Under the pieces are notes generated by a model. That model saw nothing but the letters and a program-made list of their open reading frames with translations, ran no database searches and was not told where the DNA came from. Below, piece after piece: positions 9,999 to 18,483 of a DNA stretch of 64,000 nucleotides. The translations under genes and the position numbers were made by a program. Origin of the DNA: Bacteroidota bacterium. GTDB taxonomy: Bacteria; Bacteroidota; Ignavibacteria; Kryptoniales; JAKASW01. The stretch covers positions 12,448 to 76,447 of the forward strand of contig JAJZVO010000008.1 of the NCBI GenBank assembly GCA_021845665.1, given 5' to 3'. Numbering within the stretch: the stretch's first letter is position 1; every line of letters begins with the position of its first letter.

Positions 9999-10326
9999 CG
10001 TGTTTCTCCCTTTGGTTAGTGGATGAATCTTTTCTATCATCAAAATTTGTTGAACGAGCTTTCTTCCGCGGCGGCCCCTCTGCCAGACAGGAGATTAACA
10101 ATTACACAGAGAGACACCGAGGAAGAAAATAGAGAGCCACAGGGAAAAGAAATTGCTCTCCGTGTCCATCTGTGCTCCTCTCTGGAACTCCGTGAGATGT
10201 TCAATGCGTGGCGGCTTTCAACCTGCGAGGCAGGCAGAGTCAGATTTCGCTTGAGCAGATCTGCAAAAGGAAGTCTCATTGAAATAATGCTGCCGTCCTG
10301 TTTGGTAACGCTCCTAGGCCGGGCAA

Positions 10327-13281
10327 TTAAAGCGTCCATCGGAGACCGAGATCTGCTGTGAGGCCGTACGATTGTTCACTCGTTGGAAATCCTGTGCCCT
10401 GAACGACTGTTATATCTGCCGCTCCGTTCAAGTTGTTGACGTCGGCGTACAACTGGAGTCCGTACCAAGGTAATTTCTGCTTGGCCGAGAAATCCCATCT
10501 CGCATATGTGGCGGTGTGTGTGCGAAGCTGCGGCCAGAAGCTTGTGCCGCTGTACACATTTGCCTGGTAGATCATCGACACACGTGCAGAGAATCCCTGG
10601 TAATCGTATCCAATGGAGAGGTTGACGATGTCGTTCGGCTGGTCGATCAGCCGGTCGGTATAGAATGTATCGACGTAAGATATGGTAGGTGGGAACCCGC
10701 CTCTTTCCGTCATCGTGAACGGATACTTTGCTCCGGAGAATATGTGCGTGTAGTTCACGTTCATAACGAGACCGCTCAACACGGACGGAAGGTACCAGAA
10801 ATGTGTCTGCCAGTTGAGTTCGATTCCCCACAGATTGACGCGATCGGGGTTATTTATGCTCGTGTTTCCGAGAACATATCCCTTGGTGTAAGCAGGAAGG
10901 CCGGGATAATCAGCGGGATTGATGATTCCGAAACCACCCGTCGAGAATATCATGTGATCGATCTGTTTGAGGAACGGATCTACGGTGAACAACCCGATGG
11001 TGTTGTTGTACAGCGCGAAAGCAAGATCGTAGTTCTGGGAACGCGCAGGCTGGAGGAGGTAGTTGTTCCAGTTTACGCTGTTTATGAAGATATCGATCTT
11101 CGGCACTATCGAGCTGAAATCAGGATAGGAGAGCGTGTTGGTGTAAGCCGCCCTGATGTTGAACCAGGATGTCGGCTTGTAGCTCAGAATAACATCTGGC
11201 AAAAAGTACCCATGGTATTCGGTCGTGGTTGTGTCTGTATGAGGGAAGGCATACGGATACGTATTGTTGTCATACGCTTTGAAAACATGCGGACCGGTAT
11301 ATGATGTCGTCAGGCCCTGATATCTTACACCTGGAATCAAAGACAACCGCGGGCCGATGTTGATGGTAGCCATGACATATGCCGCGTCCCGGTATTCGTG
11401 GCCTATATAATTGTTGTTGATTGCATCATACATGCTCGGTGAATACGGGCCCGCTGTCACTGGAGGTAGAGATTTTGCGTACTGCATCACAGTGTTTATT
11501 ATGGACGAAAGAAGGCCGAGATTGGTCGGATTGCCCAGCATCGTGTAGTTGCCGCCGAGGAAAGTACCGAAACTGCTCGACGGGTTAGAGAACATTGTGA
11601 TCGGAAACTCATCGTTGCCGTTCGGATTTTGATTATACGGACTTTGCAGCATCCATGGATTGGCTGCAACGACTGCGGCACGCGCCCCGAAATTTCCGGG
11701 CGGGTACAAAGTGCCGCCCCCGTCCGAGTACACATAGGACCTGAAAGTGTAACGATACATCCCGCCGAATTTCAACTTCGCGCTGATCAGATCAGAAAAC
11801 GTCAGATTCTTTTCCACATCAAGCGAGGCTCCCAAATTCCTTTGGCGCGTGAAGCTTGTATTGGTACTCAGGCCATCAAAGACTGTCTGGTTCGGGGCCG
11901 CGAATGTAGTGGCCTGCTGTGCTATCGTCTGCGGATCCAACTTGTCATTGATTGAACTTACTCCGGCACCTGACTGTGTGAATCCGACGCTCCAGTAACC
12001 CGGATTGATGTTCTCTGTGTATGAATGCGACAGCCTCAAGTCGGTCTGGAAGGACATAACGTCCTGATGGAGATGGAGAACGTTCATGATAACGTTGGTG
12101 ATGGGAGAGTAGTAGGCAGACTGGTATGTAATTGTATTTGCGGTGCTCAAATTGTAGTTTTGTCCGAACGTCGAAGTCACCTGGGTACCCTGGCTCAGGA
12201 AGTTCATCAGGTCTATGTTCCCGTTTCCCCACTTGTAGTCAAGCGTGAGCTGTCCGTCGTAGAGCCGCTTTTCGGTCGGCTTGTAGGTAAGATTCAGACT
12301 GTTCATGATGATCGGGCCAGGGTTATAGTAATTCGACTTTGTATTGCCGTAGCTGCCGCCGAATATGTCTGCAGTGAGATTCTGTTTCTGGACAACCACC
12401 TGAGCGAGTATGCCGAACTTGTTATTGAAAAATCTCTTCCCGATGCTCCCGAAAAACTTGTAATTGTTGTAGGTGCCCTGGAGATTGTCGTATCCTCCCT
12501 GCCCCCACAATTGCACCGATGGGAGCCCGTTAGTCGTCACCGGTGCCTTTTGCATCTCAAGGTTGACGGTTCCGCCGAGTACCGCGGCATCCATATCCGG
12601 AGTCACGGTCTTGAACAGCTGGATGCCGCTCAACATATCGGAAGAAATCATACTCATGTCGACAGACCGGTTGCTGTTATCGGTGGCAGGCATTTCGACC
12701 CCGTCGATCTCGACGCGATTGTACTTGGGTTGCAACCCGCGAATGGCTATCTGTGCTCCTTCGCCGTAGCTGCGCACGAGGAATACGCCGGGGAGTCTCC
12801 CGATGGACTCTGCCGCATTGGCATCAGGCAGCTCCTGGATCCTGGCGGCCGAAACGACGTTTACGACGTTGTGAGAAGAAAGCTCCTGGTTGATCGCGGC
12901 GTTTTGTCCGCTCGCCTGCGCGGTGACGACAACTGTTTTCCCCTGTACTCCGACAGCTTCCAGTTTCACATCCTCCGTAAGATGCTCACCGGCAGTCAGC
13001 TTAACCGGGATCAGGCGCGCCTTGTAACCCACATAGCTGACTTGCAATCTGTACGAGCCAGGGGGCACGCTCAAAATCTTGTAGTCACCGTTGAGTCCCG
13101 TAGAGGCACCGAGGCTGGTCCCTTTCAGGTAAACGGTCGCGCCCGGAAGGGCCTCACCGGTACTAACATCGGTGACCTTTCCCGAAATGTTTCCTTCCGG
13201 CTGACCGAATGCCAGCTGAGGCATGACCGCTACGAGTAGAAGGAGACCAAAAGCGGTAAGTCCTTTGATTAGCATTTCCAT
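10327..13281 (-). CDS. SusC-like TonB-dependent outer-membrane receptor
   Basis: 984 aa with a signal peptide. Has a carboxypeptidase-regulatory-like N-domain (GKVTDVSTGEALPGATVYLKGTSLGASTGLNGDYKI..VSYVGYK) and a plug region (IQELPDANAAESIGRLPGVF, IAIRGL). A long barrel follows, with a typical C-terminal strand (DLGLRWTL). No SusD-like gene next to it. Confidence 0.85.
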   Translation of the reverse strand: MEMLIKGLTAFGLLLLVAVMPQLAFGQPEGNISGKVTDVSTGEALPGATVYLKGTSLGASTGLNGDYKILSVPPGSYRLQVSYVGYKARLIPVKLTAGEHLTEDVKLEAVGVQGKTVVVTAQASGQNAAINQELSSHNVVNVVSAARIQELPDANAAESIGRLPGVFLVRSYGEGAQIAIRGLQPKYNRVEIDGVEMPATDNSNRSVDMSMISSDMLSGIQLFKTVTPDMDAAVLGGTVNLEMQKAPVTTNGLPSVQLWGQGGYDNLQGTYNNYKFFGSIGKRFFNNKFGILAQVVVQKQNLTADIFGGSYGNTKSNYYNPGPIIMNSLNLTYKPTEKRLYDGQLTLDYKWGNGNIDLMNFLSQGTQVTSTFGQNYNLSTANTITYQSAYYSPITNVIMNVLHLHQDVMSFQTDLRLSHSYTENINPGYWSVGFTQSGAGVSSINDKLDPQTIAQQATTFAAPNQTVFDGLSTNTSFTRQRNLGASLDVEKNLTFSDLISAKLKFGGMYRYTFRSYVYSDGGGTLYPPGNFGARAAVVAANPWMLQSPYNQNPNGNDEFPITMFSNPSSSFGTFLGGNYTMLGNPTNLGLLSSIINTVMQYAKSLPPVTAGPYSPSMYDAINNNYIGHEYRDAAYVMATINIGPRLSLIPGVRYQGLTTSYTGPHVFKAYDNNTYPYAFPHTDTTTTEYHGYFLPDVILSYKPTSWFNIRAAYTNTLSYPDFSSIVPKIDIFINSVNWNNYLLQPARSQNYDLAFALYNNTIGLFTVDPFLKQIDHMIFSTGGFGIINPADYPGLPAYTKGYVLGNTSINNPDRVNLWGIELNWQTHFWYLPSVLSGLVMNVNYTHIFSGAKYPFTMTERGGFPPTISYVDTFYTDRLIDQPNDIVNLSIGYDYQGFSARVSMIYQANVYSGTSFWPQLRTHTATYARWDFSAKQKLPWYGLQLYADVNNLNGAADITVVQGTGFPTSEQSYGLTADLGLRWTL

Positions 13282-13402
13282 TCCTTTCTCATTAGTGAAT
13301 GCGAACGCAGATCAAGGCGTCCCTTTCACGGAGTATTTTCATTAAACTGGATGGCTGTGAGATTGGAGAGGTGTGTTGAAGAAACTCTCTTGTGCAGCCT
13401 GA

Positions 13403-14440
13403 CTAGCGGGCCCAGGCGGAGAAGAGATTCATATCTTCACCTCTCTTGGTATCGATATATTCCATAGCGCGATCGACGGAATACCCGTCATGGATTATCG
13501 CTGATAATCCCATCGCTACTGCGCGAGGATCGTCGTCCTGCACGAATGCGACGTTTCTGCCCACCATCGCGCCACGAACGTTAGGCGCAGACCTCATCGC
13601 CTTCTCGAACGACTTTATGGTTTCGGCAGGAGACTCCTTCGCCGGTCCGCCGAGGAGCATGATCGGAAGTGTAGTAGACCTGGCGATGCGTTCAAAATTT
13701 TCGTTATAGGATATTTTAAGCCAGGTGTAGAGCGATGTCTCGCCGAGAGCTGCCGCCGCGCCCGCATCCCTCACGAGAGTTTCGAGGTCGGTCTTGAAGG
13801 CGTACTTCTTCTCGCGGCTTTCGACTGTGGCGGGTTCCACGAAGGAGTACAAACCGAGGCGGCTCAGCTCCGTTATCGCGTTCGCGCATTCGCGTATAGT
13901 TATCAGCGAACCGTGGTCAGTAGGATCGAGCCTGTACATCATCTTACCGCCGTCGAGGTTCATTGCCTTCAGGCTCTCCGGCGTGTACGAAGTGAATACA
14001 TCTTCCATTTCGAAGAGAGAACCGGCATGACCACCACGGTTCATGCAGCCTATGATCACTTTCTCATCGAGGAAGCTCTTGCCCGTCTTCTTTTGATAAA
14101 GGTAATCGACAATTATGATGTCCTCGATCATGTCGGTCGTCGCCATGACGCCGTCAAACTCCTTGTCCGTTATGACTCTGAGCACTCGACCGAGATATTC
14201 AAACCTGTCGCCCATGCCTATCGGGTCACTTCTAAGAGCTGTGACTCTTCTCCCGGGATGGTCCGCGGCAAGAATTATCAGCTTGCCGTCCCGTGTGAGT
14301 TTGCTGCGGCGCTTTCTCTTCTTCGCCTGCTTGATTACCTCATCCCGATTGTCCACCCTGACATCAGTGATTTCATAGAATAGCTTCTTCGGAAAGAAAT
14401 CTTCGACTTTGAACTTAAATTGGTCGGGTTTGGGCCCCAT
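13403..14440 (-). CDS. Class I aldolase-fold (DeoC/LacD/FbaB-like, Cgl0159-like) TIM-barrel protein
   Basis: 345 aa. Carries LIILAADHPGRRV, GVMATTDMIEDI, SFVEP and YTWLKISYN (candidate Schiff-base Lys), plus LPIMLLGGP and GAMVGRNV. The pattern resembles DhnA/LacD-type aldolase-like proteins. The exact family is uncertain. Confidence 0.5.
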   Translation of the reverse strand: MGPKPDQFKFKVEDFFPKKLFYEITDVRVDNRDEVIKQAKKRKRRSKLTRDGKLIILAADHPGRRVTALRSDPIGMGDRFEYLGRVLRVITDKEFDGVMATTDMIEDIIIVDYLYQKKTGKSFLDEKVIIGCMNRGGHAGSLFEMEDVFTSYTPESLKAMNLDGGKMMYRLDPTDHGSLITIRECANAITELSRLGLYSFVEPATVESREKKYAFKTDLETLVRDAGAAAALGETSLYTWLKISYNENFERIARSTTLPIMLLGGPAKESPAETIKSFEKAMRSAPNVRGAMVGRNVAFVQDDDPRAVAMGLSAIIHDGYSVDRAMEYIDTKRGEDMNLFSAWAR

Positions 14441-14481
14441 GTTGATGCATCTCCACTAGTAGTTTGTTCTGACTTTCAATT

Positions 14482-15600
14482 TCAATTCTGGTCCGTATCC
14501 ACAGAGAATCTGAATATCGTGGTCTGCCTGTAAACGTCTCCCGGCTCAAGTGTCGTAGAAGGAAAATTCTGCCTGTTAGGTGAATCCGGAAAGTGCTGGC
14601 ATTCCAGGCAAAGGCCCGTCCTTTCCCTGTAATAGACTCCGTTCTTCCCTTCCATTGCACCGTCGAGATAGTTGCCTGAGTAAAATTGCAACCCGGGCTG
14701 ATCAGTCAGAACTTCCATCACCCTGCCGGAGACAGGTTCGTACAGAACAGCCGCTTCGTGGACTTCCCCGTCGTACCCGTTCAGTACAAAATTCTTGTCG
14801 TAACCTTCACTGTTTTTCAGCTGATCGTAATCGACTCCGATCCGATCACCGACTGCGGTCAGTTTCCTGAAATCCATCGGCGTTCCTGACACATCTCTCA
14901 TTTCGCCCGTCGGAAGTCCAGCATCATCGGTCGGGATGAACGTGTCTGCATTAATCGTCAGGACATGGTCCAATATCGAATTCTCGGCCGAACCGGTAAG
15001 ATTGAAATAGCCATGATTCGTCAGGTTGATCACCGTCGTCTTGTCTGTCACGGCGGTATAATCAATTCGCAGTTCGTCATCCTGCGTAACCGTATACAGA
15101 ATTGCCGCATCGAGGTTTCCGGGAAACCCCTCGTCGCCGTCGGGGCTGAGGAGTTTCAATTCGATCGCCGGGTTTTCGCCGGCTTGCACAATTCTCGTTT
15201 TCCAGAATTTCTTATCGAAGCCCAAGTTGCCGCCGTGGAGGAGATTGCCGTTCCTGTTCTTTGTGACGTGGTACTCTTTCCCCCGAAGCACAAAATGCCC
15301 GGCGGCTATCCTGTTGGCAAAACGGCCGACAGTCGCGCCGAGATAAAACCTGCCGCCTATGTATCCCTTTGGGTCATCATGCCCGAGGACGATATCGGCG
15401 AGAACTCCGCCGCGATCGGGCACAACAATCTTAGCGATCGCTGCGCCGTAGTTTATGATCGTCACGCTCATGCCATTCCCGTTCGCGAGCGTGTATGATT
15501 CGAGACCGGCGTCGTAGCTTCGACTTTCAATTCCAGGCAAATCGCCCTGCTTTAATGTATTTTCACTCATTTTAGACATAAGAGGATTCACAACTTTCAC
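14482..15600 (-). CDS. galM: Aldose 1-epimerase (galactose mutarotase)
   Basis: 372 aa with GALM-type motifs: ANRIAGGHF..GKEY, NLLHGG, DGDEGFPGNL, NLTNHGYFNL, GLCLECQHFPDSPN. The track start is GTG 15600. In-frame ATGs at 15579 and 15570 are alternatives. Confidence 0.85.
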   Translation of the reverse strand: MKVVNPLMSKMSENTLKQGDLPGIESRSYDAGLESYTLANGNGMSVTIINYGAAIAKIVVPDRGGVLADIVLGHDDPKGYIGGRFYLGATVGRFANRIAAGHFVLRGKEYHVTKNRNGNLLHGGNLGFDKKFWKTRIVQAGENPAIELKLLSPDGDEGFPGNLDAAILYTVTQDDELRIDYTAVTDKTTVINLTNHGYFNLTGSAENSILDHVLTINADTFIPTDDAGLPTGEMRDVSGTPMDFRKLTAVGDRIGVDYDQLKNSEGYDKNFVLNGYDGEVHEAAVLYEPVSGRVMEVLTDQPGLQFYSGNYLDGAMEGKNGVYYRERTGLCLECQHFPDSPNRQNFPSTTLEPGDVYRQTTIFRFSVDTDQN

Positions 15601-15616
15601 ATTTCTTCACGATGCT

Positions 15617-16834
15617 TCATTTGCCGCGAGCGGCAAAGGTGAGTAGATGCTTCGATAGATCGGGGAACTTACGGATGGTATCGCCTAATATCGGCCGGCA
15701 ATATCGAAGGAAAGCCTCCGTAACGTAATTACCCTTTTTGTTGATAAAACTCGCCGGGAGCAATTTTTCCGCCTTGGCAACTTTTTCGAGCGGGGCCTCG
15801 CCGATGCTGCAGTGGTATCGATTTCCCGCGGCTCTTTCGAGCGTCATCATGACGCCGCTTTTACCATTGACGGCAGCCCGAACTGCGGACTGGCCGACGA
15901 GGTATGCTTCTTTGCGGTCGACGGAGGAGACATATTCCACGCCGGTCCTCGCTGCGAGTCCAGGTTTCTCGCTTCGCGCACGGAGCTTGAGTTTCTCTGC
16001 TATCTTCGCGGCGAGGTACGAGGACGCACCGCCGGGGAGGTTCCTGCCGAAGCCGTCCTTGGATGCTTTCGCATTCACTCCGCCTAAATACTGGCCGGTC
16101 TTATCTTTCAGACCTTCGCTTACAACGATGACGGCGCGTCCCCATTTATCATACACATCGGAGACATCCGACAGGAAACGGGATAAGCTGAAGACTCGCT
16201 CGGGGAAATAGATGAGGTTTGGAGCATCCCCTTCACCGTCGTTCGCAAGAGAGGCCGATGCTGCAAGCCATCCGGTATTTCGGCCGAGAGTCTCGATAAC
16301 CGAAACAGGGGGCGGAAGCGATGCGACGTCGAGACCGATCTCCCTCGTCACCGAAGCGAAGTATCTCGCGGCGCTTCCGAAACCCGGACAATGATCGGTA
16401 AATGCCAGATCGTTGTCGATCGTCTTGGGGATACCGACCGCGTTGAGCACGTAGCCGACGGAGCGCGCGAGCTGATCCACCTTGTGTACGGTGTACATCG
16501 ATCCGTTCCCGCCGATGTAGAAGAAATAGCGGACATCATACTTCCTGAAGACTTCCAGGATTTGTCCGTAGTCTTCCTCGGCCATTCTTCTTCTGCACGA
16601 TCCGAGCGCCGCGCCGGGGTTCATGGCTACCTGTCTCAGGTTCGACTGACTTTCTTTTCCTAAATCTATCAAATCTTCATCGAGAAGTCCGTCGATGCTC
16701 CGGAGAGCGCCGATGATCTTCCCGATTCCTTTTGACTTCAAACGCTTTGCTTCTTCGACCACTCCAAGAAGGCTGAAATTGAAAACCGCCGTCGGTCCGC
16801 CTCCCTGAGCTACGAGCAGATTACCTGATGTCAA
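15617..16834 (-). CDS. PfkA-family sugar-phosphate kinase (6-phosphofructokinase-like)
   Basis: 405 aa with LVAQGGGPTAVFN, FFYIGGNGSM, GIPKTIDNDL and ETLGRNTGW. The phosphoryl donor (ATP vs PPi) and the true substrate cannot be read from the sequence. Confidence 0.8.
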   Translation of the reverse strand: MTSGNLLVAQGGGPTAVFNFSLLGVVEEAKRLKSKGIGKIIGALRSIDGLLDEDLIDLGKESQSNLRQVAMNPGAALGSCRRRMAEEDYGQILEVFRKYDVRYFFYIGGNGSMYTVHKVDQLARSVGYVLNAVGIPKTIDNDLAFTDHCPGFGSAARYFASVTREIGLDVASLPPPVSVIETLGRNTGWLAASASLANDGEGDAPNLIYFPERVFSLSRFLSDVSDVYDKWGRAVIVVSEGLKDKTGQYLGGVNAKASKDGFGRNLPGGASSYLAAKIAEKLKLRARSEKPGLAARTGVEYVSSVDRKEAYLVGQSAVRAAVNGKSGVMMTLERAAGNRYHCSIGEAPLEKVAKAEKLLPASFINKKGNYVTEAFLRYCRPILGDTIRKFPDLSKHLLTFAARGK

Positions 16835-16974
16835 CTATTGGTGCCTTCCATTAAAGTCCAAGTAAAACTCTAAGCTCTAAATTCTAAACAAATTCAAGAA
16901 ATCGAAATTCAAAATATTCACAGAAAAAGTGAAGCGATGGTCTGTGATTTTTAGATTTGAACATTGCGTAGAAA

Positions 16975-18429
16975 TTAGAATTTCGTATTTAGATTCTGTT
17001 TCCCCAGTGGCGCCGGCCTCTGCAAATAATCCCTGTAGAGTACCGGGTCCATGACGCCGATACCGAGCCATGCGCAGAACTCATTCACATCGGTGGTAAC
17101 ATCTTCGTCCACGTAAGCGAGGTGGTGCGGCACAGAGTTGACGAGCAGAGTGTTCATGTAGTCCAGGCTCGAAGTTGCCTGACCGTTGATCTTCAGGTCC
17201 TTCATCCATGAGCTGCAGCCTTTATATATCGGTTTTTCCCTTTCGTAGAAATTGCCTGTTGCGAGAAACGCGCTCGCATCACTCTCGAGGAACCGGAGGG
17301 CCGTCAACTCGCCCGGCTTCATCTTCCCCTCACGCACGGTTCCCATATGGTAGCGGTTGAAATGGTTCGCGAGTTTGAAGCCGGACTTGTCGAACCAGCT
17401 CTTCGGAATATTCCCGCAATGCCAGATGTATATCGAATCCGTTTTCATGTCCCAGCCCGAGAGATCCATGAGCACGACCTCACGCTTTGTGAGGTACTTC
17501 AGAGTCATCATCGATATTGCGCCCAGGACGTCGGTCTCTGTCGCCGCGACTTTGTCAGGGCCGAGGGCGCTATTGGCCTGATTGAGCCTGCCTATAGTGG
17601 AACAGACCATGAGGCTGATTTTCCCCGGTACCTCGGGCCAGCATCTGAAGCTTACGGCGGCGGCGCTGTGCTTGGTTATGATATTCTCGAACGCCACTTC
17701 AGCGCCGGCTGATTTCCTTACGTCGCCGTCCGACGCGACAATTCCACCGCTTTCCTTCTTGATATCTGCGACCTTTGCGTCGATTGCGCCGTTCTTCATG
17801 GCAGCCTCAAATTCGCCGTAGAACTCGTCGAGCTCGAGTCTCTCCACAGACACTCCAAATAGCTTGTTCAGCTTCGCGGTATCGTATTTGAGATCGTGGT
17901 AACCGAATTCGGTTTCTCCGATCTGAAGTATCTTTGCGCCTTTGAGGTTCTTAACAGCGGTGAGCGCCCTGACGGTCGTCTCGAAACGCCTTTTGAAAAT
18001 CTCGGTGTCGGCGTTCCCGTAAAGCCACTTCACCGGCTTGGCGTAGCCGTTGCTGTAACGTCCCGCTATGCTTATGTAAAGGTTGGTCGCACAGAAAGAA
18101 TTCAGCGGAAGAGGACCGCTGTCCGTCGTCTCCTCGACCGCCCAGACTGCCAGGCGCGGCGATGTGCGGAAGAACGGCAGAATCATGTCGCCATCCGCGA
18201 AAGACGAGTTCTGTATAATGACAAGGTCGGCTTTCTTCGATTCGAGTTCTTTCGCGACCACCTCGGCGTCGCTCAGGGTTTCCATCCCCTTCTCAACGGG
18301 GATAAACTCAAATCCCATCTCTGCACTCAATTTCTTCAGAACATCTATGCTGTGCCTGAGAACCGACTTCATGTCTCCTTTGAAGATCGGTCTGAAAGTC
18401 CCCGCAAGTGCAACCTTCAATTTTTCCAT
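16975..18429 (-). CDS. L-fucose/L-arabinose isomerase family protein
   Basis: 484 aa. Length and C-terminal region (ATETDVLGAISMMTL..., IWHCGN, PHHLAYV) resemble the FucI/AraA-like isomerase family. Call made from memory of the family. Confidence 0.5.
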   Translation of the reverse strand: MEKLKVALAGTFRPIFKGDMKSVLRHSIDVLKKLSAEMGFEFIPVEKGMETLSDAEVVAKELESKKADLVIIQNSSFADGDMILPFFRTSPRLAVWAVEETTDSGPLPLNSFCATNLYISIAGRYSNGYAKPVKWLYGNADTEIFKRRFETTVRALTAVKNLKGAKILQIGETEFGYHDLKYDTAKLNKLFGVSVERLELDEFYGEFEAAMKNGAIDAKVADIKKESGGIVASDGDVRKSAGAEVAFENIITKHSAAAVSFRCWPEVPGKISLMVCSTIGRLNQANSALGPDKVAATETDVLGAISMMTLKYLTKREVVLMDLSGWDMKTDSIYIWHCGNIPKSWFDKSGFKLANHFNRYHMGTVREGKMKPGELTALRFLESDASAFLATGNFYEREKPIYKGCSSWMKDLKINGQATSSLDYMNTLLVNSVPHHLAYVDEDVTTDVNEFCAWLGIGVMDPVLYRDYLQRPAPLGKQNLNTKF

Positions 18430-18483
18430 ATCGAGTCAACCTTTTTCTGGATTAGATTCATCGTTTGAATTAGTTCAAAGTAC

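Noticed and set aside
10044-10326. Track ORFs 10023..10361 (+) and 10040..10339 (-) in the 330-nt gap between the TonB receptor and gene 8268..9998.
   Set aside because: They are mutually antisense and low-complexity, with no motifs. The gap more likely holds the promoter of the downstream gene and a weak terminator (GGAGAGC-N17-GCUCUCU + AUUUUCUU).
16835-16974. AT-rich 140-nt spacer between the isomerase and kinase genes, containing TTTAGAATTTAGAGCTTAGAG-like low-complexity repeats and a CACAGA..UCUGUG hairpin.
   Set aside because: The stem is short (6 bp) and the rest is simple AT-rich sequence. It is insufficient to call a terminator, promoter or RNA element.
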